Origin: Thecamonas trahens ATCC 50062
Taxonomy: Eukaryota; Protista; Apusomonadida
DNA: 64,000 nt
Assembly (NCBI RefSeq): GCF_000142905.1
Contig: NW_013657666.1
Location: 32,752 to 96,751, forward strand
Direction of reading: 5' to 3'
Made by a program: the position numbers and the translations under genes. Of the stretch, positions 31,701-41,500 are shown one piece after another; positions within the stretch are counted from its first letter, which is position 1; each line of letters starts with the position of its first letter. The notes under the pieces were generated by a model. The model saw only the letters and a list, made by a program, of their open reading frames with translations. It searched no databases and was not told the DNA's origin.

Positions 31701-33893
31701 ATCGGCGCTGCGGACGGCTTGCATCCGCTCAAGCTGGCGTGTGGCGACGAGGCGAGCGGCGGTGCCGATGTTGTCTAGCCGAGTGAGCAGCGCCTTGGCT
31801 GAAGCGTGGCCGGTGGTGGCGAGCTTAGCAGCGAGCTTGTCAACAAAGGCGAGAATGGCAAGGGCAGAGTTGGCGTTGCCGCGGGCGACTTCGGCCGAGA
31901 GAACATCTGCGAGGGAAGAGATCAGCGAGGCGAGCTCATCGGGAGTCGGCGGAATAGTGGCATTGCCATCGATGAGAGGGTGGAAGACCTGGGCGAGCGA
32001 GGTCGACGGTGCGGTGTGGGCAAATGCCTTGGTGAGACCCGGGATGGCCGAGTACACAATGCTGCGCGGGATGCTGCGCAGCGACTCGGCAATGATGTAG
32101 AGGTGAAGAGCGAGTGGCGGCGGGGCCGAGCTATCCTCGGGGTTGTAGGCGTAGGCAAGCGGTGGGGCCTTGGACGACGACGAGAAGGGAAGAATAGCGA
32201 CCATAGCGCGGAGCGAAACGGCGAGCGAGTCGACAATCGAGACTATGTCGATCGAGCCGGCGGCGGCGCGAGCGCCGAGCAGGCCCTGTAGTGAAAAGTC
32301 TTCGCCCATCCACAGTGTCAGGGGAGTTGTCGAGTCCGACGAGCTCGACGAGTCTGTGACGGCACTGCAAGTCTCGGCCTTGCTGTGTTGGCCACTCGGT
32401 CCGGGTGCGGCGTCGGTGCCGCCTGGTCCGTTTGACGACGATGACGACGACGATGATGACGACGTCAAAGCGACGGTGGTAAATAGGGCGAGAAGACCGT
32501 TTCCACGGGTAAGCTCATTGAACTTGGCCTTGGTCACAGCAGTGCCAAAGAGTGCACGGAGCTGGCGCGCCGAGACTGTGCCCTCCCAAACGGCGTTGGT
32601 GGCGGCAGCGAATGTGTTGAGGATGGTGACAAACGAAGAGATCGGGAGGGCAGCGCGATCGGCGTCGAGCGCCACTAGCGGAGCGATCATGGTCGACCAA
32701 AAGTGCTGGGCCTCAGAGTGGTCGAGCGGCGGTGATGGTGAAGCAGCAGGTGTGCCCGCCGAAGACAAGTCTTCTGCCATGTCAAGCGACGCATCCATAA
32801 GCGCGGTGTATGCGGCGGAGAGATCAAGCGCGATTTGTGCGGTCTCGGGCCTGTTGTGCGGCTCGGGGAGGCAGCAAGCCTTGACGAGCGAGACGATGCT
32901 AGCAAGGCTAGGTACATCGCGGACAAGCGCGTTGAGTGGGGCCCAGTTTGGAAGCCTGTAGTAGTTCTTGATTCGGGACGAGTGCGAGAAGGCGTGGCGC
33001 TTGGTGAGGAGCTCGTAGGCGATGATGCCAAAGGAGAAGACGTCCGCAGCGGTCGAGACATTGTTAGGGTCCTCGATGACTTCGGGCGCGCAGTAGGACA
33101 TGGTAATGTTGACAAGGCCGTCGCACGGGCCGGCATCCAGAGCCGAGCGCGACGCGTCCTGGGTTGCCGAGCCAAGGTCACCGATGCGGACTTGAGCGCC
33201 AAACTCGCCGTCCTTGGACGAGAGGAACACGTTGTCGGGCTTGAGGTCAAGATGAACGAGTGCCGCGCGGTGGATCTCAGCGAGGCCGCAGGCGAGCTGA
33301 AAAAGCCATCGAGCCTCGAGAAGTGCGAGCCTTATCGGCGTCCTGTTCTGAAGGTACTCGTCTGGGTGGCGTATGTATCGCGAGAGCGTGCCGCCAAAGG
33401 CGTACTCGGAGACGATGCCAAACGACGACGGGTTGGCCTTGCCGACATCGTCATCGTGAATGCAGATACCAAAGATGCGGAGAACGTACGGGTGCTGGAC
33501 AGCAACAAGGACGCGGAGCTCGTTGAGCAGGTCATCGTAGGCCGAGCTGCCTGCGCCCGACTCGATGCGAATCGACTTGATAGCAAAGACCTCGTCGCGG
33601 CGGCGGGCTTTGGAGACAACACCAAAGCCGCCACGGGCCACAACCTCGATTTCATCAAACTCAGACATAAGAAACGGCTCGCGGCCGAGGGAGAGGACCT
33701 GTGTCGAGAAAGGGATGGTCGGCGTGGCAAGGTGGGGCGACTCCAGAGCGTGGTCCGCTTCATGGAGCCCGGCTTGGCTCGGTCGGTACGCAACAGTGTG
33801 CCGCGACCAGGACGCCGAGTGTGAGACGCGGGAGTGTGTCGCCGACACAGACTTTGGTGTCGACATTGAGGCTAGATCGAGGCCATACGCCAC
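25746..33893 (-). CDS. Giant (2715 aa) TKL-like protein kinase with a central degenerate DUF294-like nucleotidyltransferase domain, an LRR-like segment and a coiled-coil tail
   Basis: ARGGFGVV, FAIK, NELRVL, HLDLKPDNVFL, IGDLG, YCAPE and ADVFSFG. Central PPVDFAFVALGAS...LEFACLV...LKMVQLGET. Confidence 0.85.
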   Translation of the reverse strand: MAYGLDLASMSTPKSVSATHSRVSHSASWSRHTVAYRPSQAGLHEADHALESPHLATPTIPFSTQVLSLGREPFLMSEFDEIEVVARGGFGVVSKARRRDEVFAIKSIRIESGAGSSAYDDLLNELRVLVAVQHPYVLRIFGICIHDDDVGKANPSSFGIVSEYAFGGTLSRYIRHPDEYLQNRTPIRLALLEARWLFQLACGLAEIHRAALVHLDLKPDNVFLSSKDGEFGAQVRIGDLGSATQDASRSALDAGPCDGLVNITMSYCAPEVIEDPNNVSTAADVFSFGIIAYELLTKRHAFSHSSRIKNYYRLPNWAPLNALVRDVPSLASIVSLVKACCLPEPHNRPETAQIALDLSAAYTALMDASLDMAEDLSSAGTPAASPSPPLDHSEAQHFWSTMIAPLVALDADRAALPISSFVTILNTFAAATNAVWEGTVSARQLRALFGTAVTKAKFNELTRGNGLLALFTTVALTSSSSSSSSSSNGPGGTDAAPGPSGQHSKAETCSAVTDSSSSSDSTTPLTLWMGEDFSLQGLLGARAAAGSIDIVSIVDSLAVSLRAMVAILPFSSSSKAPPLAYAYNPEDSSAPPPLALHLYIIAESLRSIPRSIVYSAIPGLTKAFAHTAPSTSLAQVFHPLIDGNATIPPTPDELASLISSLADVLSAEVARGNANSALAILAFVDKLAAKLATTGHASAKALLTRLDNIGTAARLVATRQLERMQAVRSADAKALTGTAFQARTLALAAQDARSVSSASALQMALGEARAYLRSQPQTWDYYSMVRFHLSSAFSAAHELIESGMMDGSIVAHSARAKPTKPSTSGGSDTGPDSESGSDAGSSSLGLTVGVDAHSLASLRGSGSRLLPTLVSPSPPASASSGHPPPHQHGMSSGPISTSCDTTSASTLEFSTSSSSSGVGFLTSAVVGRAMKAAGPLTSSLSFFDYVNKLPSKAAQQVCFARLAAVSPNRAAFNVVAEDVARILALRQAKDLVKLGSTTVSSGIVSRFKTSMEDGGTKVVESPARRLAARHASAMLQAVMAGEVEAAKFGAPTPDPAVSGFCAAAPSAPDGSPPFTASLSPRDLAAVIVNSSSSASSSAASTNSATSASLLVCPAVTGLAILPSLESLYAESAVVAQSQAVQSPYQLAALEVSLLDALVPRALSHASTLLPLKRALASFSRATAADNPSLITRAAAAAMDSLSAADTLLAGQVPTRAGAIYGAVYQLLARSQVADNFSLLSKLQAAALLRFDVVCRICTSQAWVRGEFMAPAPPGTLTASALQKRLAAMRSVALENVLASAELGPMVPTAPRELRGFRLPKLLSALETLAAAQRSLFSTIVVSALHVLGAPPVDFAFVALGASADCIPSLSPTLEFACLVDDDAEYAREFFVALVAYIRLKMVQLGETLARESSGDGRGGLTVPGSKSGMASGFALSSSGASPFAGGVPDAWYGTPEELIARLLEDGTRTSPETLSRVVSASHMFASSRKATASLLARYYRALRKELSAPVADIHTGVDVQVSNPPLAFVLGSQLFAAVIRDDRYAPASPFERHFGVTASMTQVPYLAMLAMTTIVCELGPRSFAERVDRLVDVCAVSARLGNAAKSLVYTGVGLRILLQAYNESEEDSLGPDVLTSRGIILPDVHISCVDMLPLLIKAHKTLAVPMYESLKLALPRMVSLAGSVALTGVGLVAATPVKWAMDSFAAVAVAADAAVIRRKLSTLDNASLQRLVSKSAAGQTLAAWLALPTPGQLEWDQANSAGIELREVRQALRALVRASGREHGEISLASHRLLTSLSGYLAHPTSDVLGAPKVFYSPLGGPLVVPAAAAPHFGRPATLQQLSDVQFSRRALLYLLSGSLLGGTAVDVLLACGQSGGDVGDLSFRVVNEESAAAVLESETARVVMACLLECTPDGLVSGESPCLLLDGVVDESGWAAEFGARLTASADASVLKDFVRCGAFATQALSESATRAVHYVEQFLEDLVETAAQFNAAVYFREQLACAELEAQVGEALSMLMNREGIRRLAVTLLAMHEAARRSLDAESQKQSGGDGVASARRLGLGTLVGHFNAAVTSALPPLAGVPVSARGVSDPGTWDDGHCVPMEAVHPLSALAALPKMPSVLEPGSNAEDMAESVFSLISSYSLPAYLGPLTVALVGLDMVTDKMVQRLVGAAHCLAVLVVDDCPLVSDLSGLVGASVDSMLQILILSRSMAIETSCEAPPLTWSGRPMAGPCLETIATTSAQVAAAASTALGLSSSSGDEEARGSGRTRRRRKRMHKSSRRTVSHEAREWGETNRVRVEVVPRGESGVAYLQRTQSAAVCEVRHATVSVRNVVDAALTSAECSMRFWSDCMADGYVAARVEDLAHLQVLNETDPWSRVVARIASSRLVGSADRLTFEPTMAFDVGDVDRYGGEGALASLRFEAPQLSASGRSQSAWKTQTRKLLTNITERISNVLDTIEEVYSESSDSEAEAVANAGELAEELRVVGDAIDVRRDELDVEGAVTLRAATSHKERKQLRRLGKVTESLQQLLQSRATKEGDGMGISSHAASRMAQLDERAAQAVSKLSSGIVSQLPTGLDWAAPSQASAPALRAATRELRGLVDGDGGAEDDSQFQALQVQAARLEAHLAGVLEDETKCALRMQELQCALESVQELVQTALDLVPHDFAPLTTMRRQVVRVLAMVKRGDDIARIRRVAAGIGTSASVVVAMVEQ

Positions 33894-34482
33894 CTGAGTC
33901 CGCGACGAACATGCATAGTCGTCGTCGATGACGGTGCTGTGGGCTGGGTGTGGGGCGGTCCGGGGTGGCCGTCATAGGCCGTATTCTGCAAGTAAGGATG
34001 AGTAATGGTAGGGTCATCTGGTGTGGTTGCGGACGACGACCGTGTGAATCCGGTATGGTCATCGGTGGAGGAGCGCCCGCTAGAGGCTGAGGCCGTGCCG
34101 GAGGGCATGACCAGAGCGAGGTGAAGCGGGTGAGGTGTTTGGGCTCGCGAAGCCGCAAACGTTTGTTCATCGGGTCGCAAGCAATTAGGTGCCAATAGCT
34201 AACATGTCAATGACAGCTGGCATGGCGCTGCTCGACTGAAGGACGGCGGGAGCCTTTCATGACCAAGGCCACAAGAGGCTGAGGGAAGATTGTGGGAATG
34301 GGCAATGCAGTAGTGTGGTGGGGCAGAGGTTGGTGGTGAGCAGTCCCGACACTATGATTGTCAGCGCTGCCGATATCATGTCAGCGCTCGTGTCAGATAA
34401 AGTCGCAAGAGCCATGACAGTTAACCAGCGTTGCTTGCGTCGGCGGCAGGGACGCGAAGGGAGGCGTGCACCAGGGCTGCCG

Positions 34483-34554
34483 TGAAACAGCCCACCACCA
34501 CCACCCAGCGACTACATATATGTAGTCGCTGGGTGGTGGTGGTGGGCTGTTTCA
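34483..34554. repeat. Perfect 72-bp palindrome (36-bp arms, no spacer)
   Basis: tgaaacagcccaccaccaccacccagcgactacata|tatgtagtcgctgggtggtggtggtgggctgtttca; the arms are exact reverse complements. Confidence 0.95.
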
Positions 34555-34885
34555 TGCCGAGCAGGTGGAGTAGTTACGGCGAGGGAGGACACATGAGTAG
34601 GTGGGTGGACAGAGGATGACGGCCATGATTTCGTTGAGAACGGCAACGTGACATGAAGAGGATGAGACTGGGGACAGGAAGGGGGGATTCGTGACCATCC
34701 GAGCCAATCACCCACATCGTTGACCGTGATCAGGACTCGTTGGTTGAGAGTGGCAAAGCAAGCCGAGAATGTGTTTCCCGAAAAAGCAACGCATGCGTTC
34801 AAGGGAACAGTCTCGCATGATTGTTCTGTTTGCTTCACCAACAACCCTCGCACGTACACACACGCACACACGGACACTCACACAC

Positions 34886-34916
<31 letters not shown>

Positions 34917-35011
34917 ACGTCCCGCACATCGTCATACACATATACATACATATATACACCACTCGCCATACACACACCAACTCCGCACGCTCTATCTTTC
35001 TTCCACACGTT

Positions 35012-38000
35012 ATGGCAGAGTCGGTCACGCATGCAGCAGGTGCTGGCCAGCTCGACGAGGTGATGCGACTGGTGGAGGGCATGACGTCGCCGACGGATCG
35101 GGAGGAGGCCGTGGCAGCAGCTTTGGTAGCAGCGGCAAAGGGTGGGAAATTGCTCGTGGCGCAGTGGTTGGTGGATAGTGCCGGCGGGAAGCTGGTGGCC
35201 AAGGAGGAGGAGTTTGGGGGGAAGATAAGCCGCCGAGCCTCCTCGCGGCCGAGACGGACTCGTTGGAGATGATCAAGTGGGTGGCTGGTCACCCTCAGTT
35301 GCTCGCGTGTGCTGATGGTGCCGTAGAGGCATATCTGGGCTATGCTGTCCATGCTGCGGCAAAGGCTGGTTTTGTTCAGGTTGTGAGAGGCCTTGTGGAT
35401 GAGGGTCTCTACACCGGACCGCTGTCCGGCGACGAGGACGACACAGCCCTGATGCTAGCGGCCCGGGGCGGTCACGCTGAGCTGGTGAGGTGGATGATCA
35501 CTGAGAGCGGGATGGAGATCACGGCGGATGATGCAGGGAGCAAGGCTGATATTCGTGCCGCGCTCGTGTCTGCGGCACACGTGAACGACTTGGCCACGGT
35601 GCAGGTGCTCCTCTCGGCCGGCGTTTCAATGACAGCCACCGAATCGGTGCCAGGTGGCTATCTCGACCTGACGCCGGCAGCAGCAGCGGCGCAGGGCGGT
35701 GCGCTGGAGACGCTGCAATGGCTGGTGGCCGAAGATGTGGGCTGTCTGGTCGGTGGCGATCAACCGCCGCTGGCTGCCGCTGCGAGCCGAGGCCAACTGT
35801 CGATCGTGCAGTGGCTAGTCGAGCATGCTGGGGTGGACGTGGACGAAGTCCATGACGATGGAGGGACCGCGGCGTGTGCGGCTGCCGCGGCGGGCCACGC
35901 TCTCGTTGTCAAATGGCTTGTCTCGTCTGCCAACGCCGACCTCAACCGTGGCGACGAGGTCTGGCCGCTTGTTGCCGCAGCCGGTGACGGCAACATGGAC
36001 CTAGTTCAGTGGCTGGTGGCTGCTGGTGCCGACGTGACCAAGCATGCCAAATACGCCGAGACCGCTGTCGAAGCTGCGCTTTCTCACGACCGGCCGGACA
36101 TCGCCCAGTGGCTGGTGTCTTCCGGAGGCGCCAGTGCCGCGCTTGCGCTGCACGCTGCTGTCTCACTCGGCAACGAGGCCTTTGCAACATGGCTCGTCGA
36201 CAATCAAGGCGTCGACATCGCAGATGTCAACGCCGACACTGATCTCTTTCTCGCTGCCGTGGCCACTGACAACGTCGCGCTGGTCCAGTGGGTCCACGAC
36301 AAAGTTGACCTCGCCCTCGACCCTTTTCTCCGGCCGATAGTGCTGATACACGCGGCGGTTACGGGTGTTGTGGCGTTTGTCGAATGGTTGCTGGACGACG
36401 ACCGTTGGCTCGCGCCGCTGCTGTACCTTGCGGCCTCATCGGGCGAGACCGAGATGGCCAAGTGGCTGGTCGGCCGCGGGGCCCAGGGAGCTGTCGCGGT
36501 CGTGTCGGACCTGCCGTCAGAGCTCATCACTGGCGAGGTGAGTGAGACGTTTGAAAGCAGCGAGTCGGCTCACATCGTGGTCCTTGTTGCAAAGCGCGCG
36601 TGGTCGTCGCTCTCCGAACACATTGCGGCGGGCTACACGCCGATGCATCTCGCGGCGCACACAAACGAGACCCAGCTGTTGGCGCTCCTGATGGAGGAGG
36701 GCAAGTTGAGTCCGGCGGCACGCGGAAGCGACGGCACGACGCCGCTCCTCTGCGCTGCGCAATATGACGCTCTTGATGCCGCCAGGTTTCTGGTCGACGT
36801 CGGCGGCGCTGACGCCGATGAGGCGCGCGACGACAAAACGACGCCGCTGTACCTTGCGTCGGTGTACGGACATACCGAGATGGTGGTGTGGCTGGCAGAG
36901 AGCTGCGGCGCCAACACTGGGGTTCAGAAGAAGAACGGCGACACGCCGTTGCTCATTGCGGCGAACAACGGGCAGCTGGAAGTCATCCAGTGGCTTGTCA
37001 CTGAGGGAAACGAGCCGACCACGGTCACCAACTCGTACGGCAGCACGCCGCTGTTTCTGGCGGCGATGAAGGGTCACGTCCATGTGGTCCGTTGGCTCGC
37101 GCTCGAGGCCGGCGCTCAGGTTGACGTGGCCAAGCCCAACGGCGACACGCCGCTGCTCATCGCGGTGAACAACAATCACCTAGCCGTGGTCGAGTGCCTC
37201 GTGCGCGAGTGCGGCGCAGACGTCAACTTGGCCCGCAATGACGGCGCAACGCCGCTCTACCTTGCTGCACTCAAGAACCACGTCGAGATCATCGACTGGT
37301 TGATTGCCCACGGCGGGGCCGACGTTGAGCAGCCGCGGTCGACCGGCTCGACGCCGCTGTATGTGGCAGCTGTGGAGGGTCATCTTGCTGCGGCGCAGCG
37401 GCTACTAGCCGGCGGCGCGTCGCCGACCGCCGCCAACAACCGCGGCACCACTCCACTGCTCATCGCAGCCAGCAACGGTCACGCGCACATCGTCCGCTGG
37501 CTTGTCACCGATGTGGGTGTCGACGTCAACGCGACGCAACCCAACGGAGACACTACCCTGCTGATTGCTGCCTTTCTCGGTAACGTTGAGCTTGTCCGTT
37601 GGCTGGTGGCCACCGGTGGCGCCGACGTCAACAAGGCGCGCAACGACGGCGTCACTCCGCTCTACATTGCGTGCGTTCAGGGTCACGCCGAGGTTGTCGC
37701 CTGGCTCGCCGCGTACCCGGCCACTGACGTCAATCTCGGAAAGCCCGACGGGACGAGCCCGCTCCACGAGGCCATTCAGCCCATCGACGCCGCCCTGGAC
37801 ATGGTCTCGGCGCTGGTGGCCACTGGTCGGGCCGATCTCGACCTGGCTCAGTCCGATGGCAAGACTGCACTGGGCGTCGCCGCCAGGTTGGGCATACTCC
37901 CGCTAGTTGCCTACCTCGTCGTGGCTGGCGCACGTGTCACCGAAGATGTGATCAACTCAGTGCCGGCTCACTCGTCGCCCGTCGCTGATCTCCTCCATCT

Positions 38001-38103
38001 CGCCCACTCGCGCGACATCCTCCGTCGCGACGACATGCTCCTTGCCATCGACAACCCAGGCGTCCGGGCCAAGCTCGCCGCCGCTGCATTTCCTCGATTC
38101 TGA
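35012..38103 (+). CDS. Ankyrin-repeat protein (more than 20 repeats); frameshift at the G6 run 35216-35221
   Basis: Repeated (G)xTPLxxAAxxGHxxxVxWLV. The upstream ORF MAESVTHAAGAGQLDEV continues into ankyrin-like PPSLLAAETDSLEMIKW after the shift. Confidence 0.9.
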
Positions 38104-38367
38104 CTGCCCCCCATGCGGCACACGAGGTGACGACTTGGCAATCCCACGACTCGACGACTGCGCGACCGTGCGACCCAGCGACTCGGCGACTCGGCGACCC
38201 GGCGACTCCGCGACCGCACCTGATCGCAACCAGACTGCACCCAAACACGCCCCACACCCCCTCCATCGTTGTGCTTCTGGCTTTCCCATAATCACTCCCC
38301 TCTTGCCTTCCTCACAGTGACATGTCATGCCAACAGTAGCTCTCCGAATGACCCGCAATGGTCTCGA

Positions 38368-38407
38368 TCGCCCCGACAATCGCCCCGATAATCGCCCCGA
38401 CAATCGG
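38368..38407. repeat. 12-bp tandem repeat (atcgccccgaya) x3 upstream of the giant gene
   Basis: Directly visible. Confidence 0.8.
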
Positions 38408-38566
38408 ACATGGCACTTTCCCCCATGCCCTCGTTTCCAAAACCTGTCCACTATACACACACACGCACACACCTCCCTCCATTCACCCCCACCCCCCCCC
38501 CCCCCCCCCCCACCCCCCCCCCACACCCCACCCCCCACCCCACCTCTGTCCACACCTCTGTCCACC

Positions 38567-41500
38567 ATGCCAGCCATCTGGCGCAACGGGGCATTTGCCG
38601 GAGAGGTACGCAACCACCACCACCACCACCACCCGCTACCCCCCCCCNNNNNNNNNNNNNNNNNNNNNNNNNNNNNNNNNNNNNNNNNNNNNNNNNNNNN
38701 NNNNNNNNNNNNNNNNNNNNNNNNNNNNNNNNNNNNNNNNNNNNNNNACCCCTACCCCACCCTCCACCCACCCACCCCCCACCCCCCCACCCCCACCCAC
38801 ACACACACACAGTTCGGCGACCCGTACATCAAGGACACCAACCTGGAAGGAGGGCTCACCGCGCCATCCATTCGCAAGCTGAATGAGGTAGTTTCTTCTG
38901 CGCTCACATCGCATCCTTCTCTCCTGGAGACGCTGGTGCCTGGTCTGGCTGCGCCTGCTGCACGGATACAGGCACTGATGGAAGAGTTGGCCAGTGCGGC
39001 GGAAATCGATGAGCTCAAGGCGGAGATGGTCGAGTCAAAGTCGCTCGAGGGCATGGATGCCTTTCTTGAGCTGTTCATGGCAAAGATCCGTGCTATTCCT
39101 GTCGGTGGTATCCTTGTCATGGGCGGCGGCTGGATGGGCAAGGCATCCGGTCATGCTCTGCTATACGTACTCGAGCGCGAGGCTGACGATGCCTATGCCT
39201 TTGTGGCGTGCAACACTGGCGAAGGCATCCAGTACCACCCGTCGCTGGCCGGTGACGACCTGCTCTCGCGCAAGCGCAAGACCGCACTTCGCATTCCGGG
39301 CATTCCTGCCGCTGACTTTCTCGATCCGGCATTCTGGTACATGATCTGGAAGCTGCGAGTTACCAACAAGGAAGAGAACTCAGCTGCAGTCTTCTACGAA
39401 GTCCTGCTCGCCCATCTTGCTGCAGCTTCGGTCCTCGACCCTGCTGCCAACACCGTGTCCGGCATTGTTGCGGCCGACGCCGGCGGCGCGTCGTCGGGCG
39501 ACTTTGACGCCGTCCAGCTCTCCGGCACCTGCTACTACAAGTGCATCGTTGCCGCCCTTCACTACCTCAACAAGCGCGCTGGTCTTTCTCGGGTGGCCTC
39601 GGACCAGATTGTCCTCTTCGTCCGCCTCGCCTACCTCCTGCAAACAGGCGCCGACCTTGACGATCTCGCCGCCCGGCGCACGGCAGCCGCAGCCTCTCCG
39701 CCGTCCGCCCCGCTCCCAGCGCCAAAGCTCGCCTCGCTCGCCCGCAGCCTTGCCTTTAACGACTCGGACGCCCGCATGGTCGCCATGGCCTGTGCTGAGA
39801 CAGCACGATCTGCCGTCGCGCTCGCCGAGGCCAACGCTGCTACTGCCGAGACGCTCTCCGCAGCCGCGCTCGCTATCGTTCAGGACTGCATTGCAGACGT
39901 GACAGCCGCCGCAAACGCCGCCGCAGACGCCGCCGCCGCCGCGCCCGACGACCTTCCACGCCCCGCCACTCCCTCACCAACCCCGACTTCCCCGGTGCTG
40001 AGCGGGTCGCTCGAGAGCGCTGCCACGGCACCGCTGCCCTTCACTGGCTTTGCCGCCCTCGCCGACACCCGCGACACGAGTGCCTTTGTCGGCGACACCA
40101 CTGAAGCCGCGCCCGAACTCTACGTGGACCTCCTTCCGCCTCCCGCCGCGCTCGACTCGCTTCCGGCTGTCCTTGGCGCCATCCACGACCTCGCCGATGC
40201 CACGCGCAAGCTCCGGTTTAAGACCTCACACTGCGCCGACTCGCTTGCTGTCTTCCAGATCACCGCCCTCGTCGAACACGTTCTCACTTCGTCATTGCCG
40301 ATCCCGGGCTCGTCGTCGTCCTCGGTCTGGCCGACGCAGCCGGCTCCTCCGGTCTCGGGCCTCACTCCGGCCTCGCAAGAGGAGGCTCTGCTCGACCTCC
40401 GCGACATCGCGCTGCAGTACATGTCGTGCTCGTGGTCGCTCTCGCCCGACCGCGCCCTCGATGCGCACCGTGCCCTCACGATGGGCGGTCTTCTTGCCCT
40501 CTTTGATGCGCTCGCACGCCTCTCCCCGGACTCGGCGCCGCCCTCGCCGCTTACCACCCTTCTGGCCGGCGCATCGCAGAGCGGCCACTTTGCCGGCACC
40601 GCCCTCGGCATCGACACCAAGTCGTTCACCTCGGCCTCGTTTGCGGCCGCCACCGACGCAGCTTGCCTCTACCGGCCGGCTTTCCTCGCCCTCCGCGCCG
40701 CTGTCATCACATACTTTGTCAACCTGCCGCAACAAGTTGCACTGTTTGCTTGGTCGCCCGCCCGGCCAGCTGGACCCTCCTTCCTCCGCCGCATGATGGA
40801 GACGCCACAGTACACCCTGACCGAAGACGATGTCACGCTCAAGGTCGTTGCGGAGCTCCTCCACGCCTGCGGTCTCGCGTACACGCTCCCGCCCATGCCG
40901 CGCGGCCGCAACCGCGGCGCTACCAACCCCGACGCCATGTCCGACGTTGAGCGCCTCGTCCGCTGGGCCGCCTCGGACTGGTCAGCTCTTCCGGCCTTTG
41001 CCGCCCTCCGCGACTTGATCTTCCTCTTCAAGCTCTCACTCGAGCCGCACATGCTCTTCTTCCTCGCCAACGAGCCGCTCGCAGCGCTCCCGGTCTGGCA
41101 CGCCTCCCACGTCCGCCCCGACTGGCGCTTCTTCTCAGCCAACCAAGAGGGCAACGCTGCCACACTCCGCGTCGCGATCGCCGACCCGCGCCACAACCTC
41201 ACCCTCGGCGTCGGCTCCGTCCACTCGTTTGCCTCGCTCTCGGTGCTCGCCAACAACGCCTCCGAGGCCGCCATCCTTCACGCCCACACCCTCACCTCGT
41301 TCGACGGCACCCTCTCGCCGCAAGAGTCAGAGCGCCTCCTCTCGTTCCTCACCCAGCGGTCGCTCGCCATTCCGCTGATCCTGGAGTTTTTTGCCGCCTC
41401 CCGTGTCGGCTATCTCCTCAATCCCTACCTCCAGCAGCTCCTCGAATCGGTTCTTTTCGAGCCCGGGCCATGGACGCCCTCCCTCCACGCTGCCGGTGCC

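Noticed and set aside
25746-33893. The kinase as a JAK or tyrosine kinase
   Set aside because: The catalytic loop is DLKPDN (Ser/Thr type) and no FERM or SH2 domain is visible.
10670-38103. STAT, Tyr-tailed receptor, kinase and ankyrin genes as a clustered signalling operon
   Set aside because: They are interspersed with unrelated housekeeping genes on both strands; nothing in the sequence supports functional clustering.
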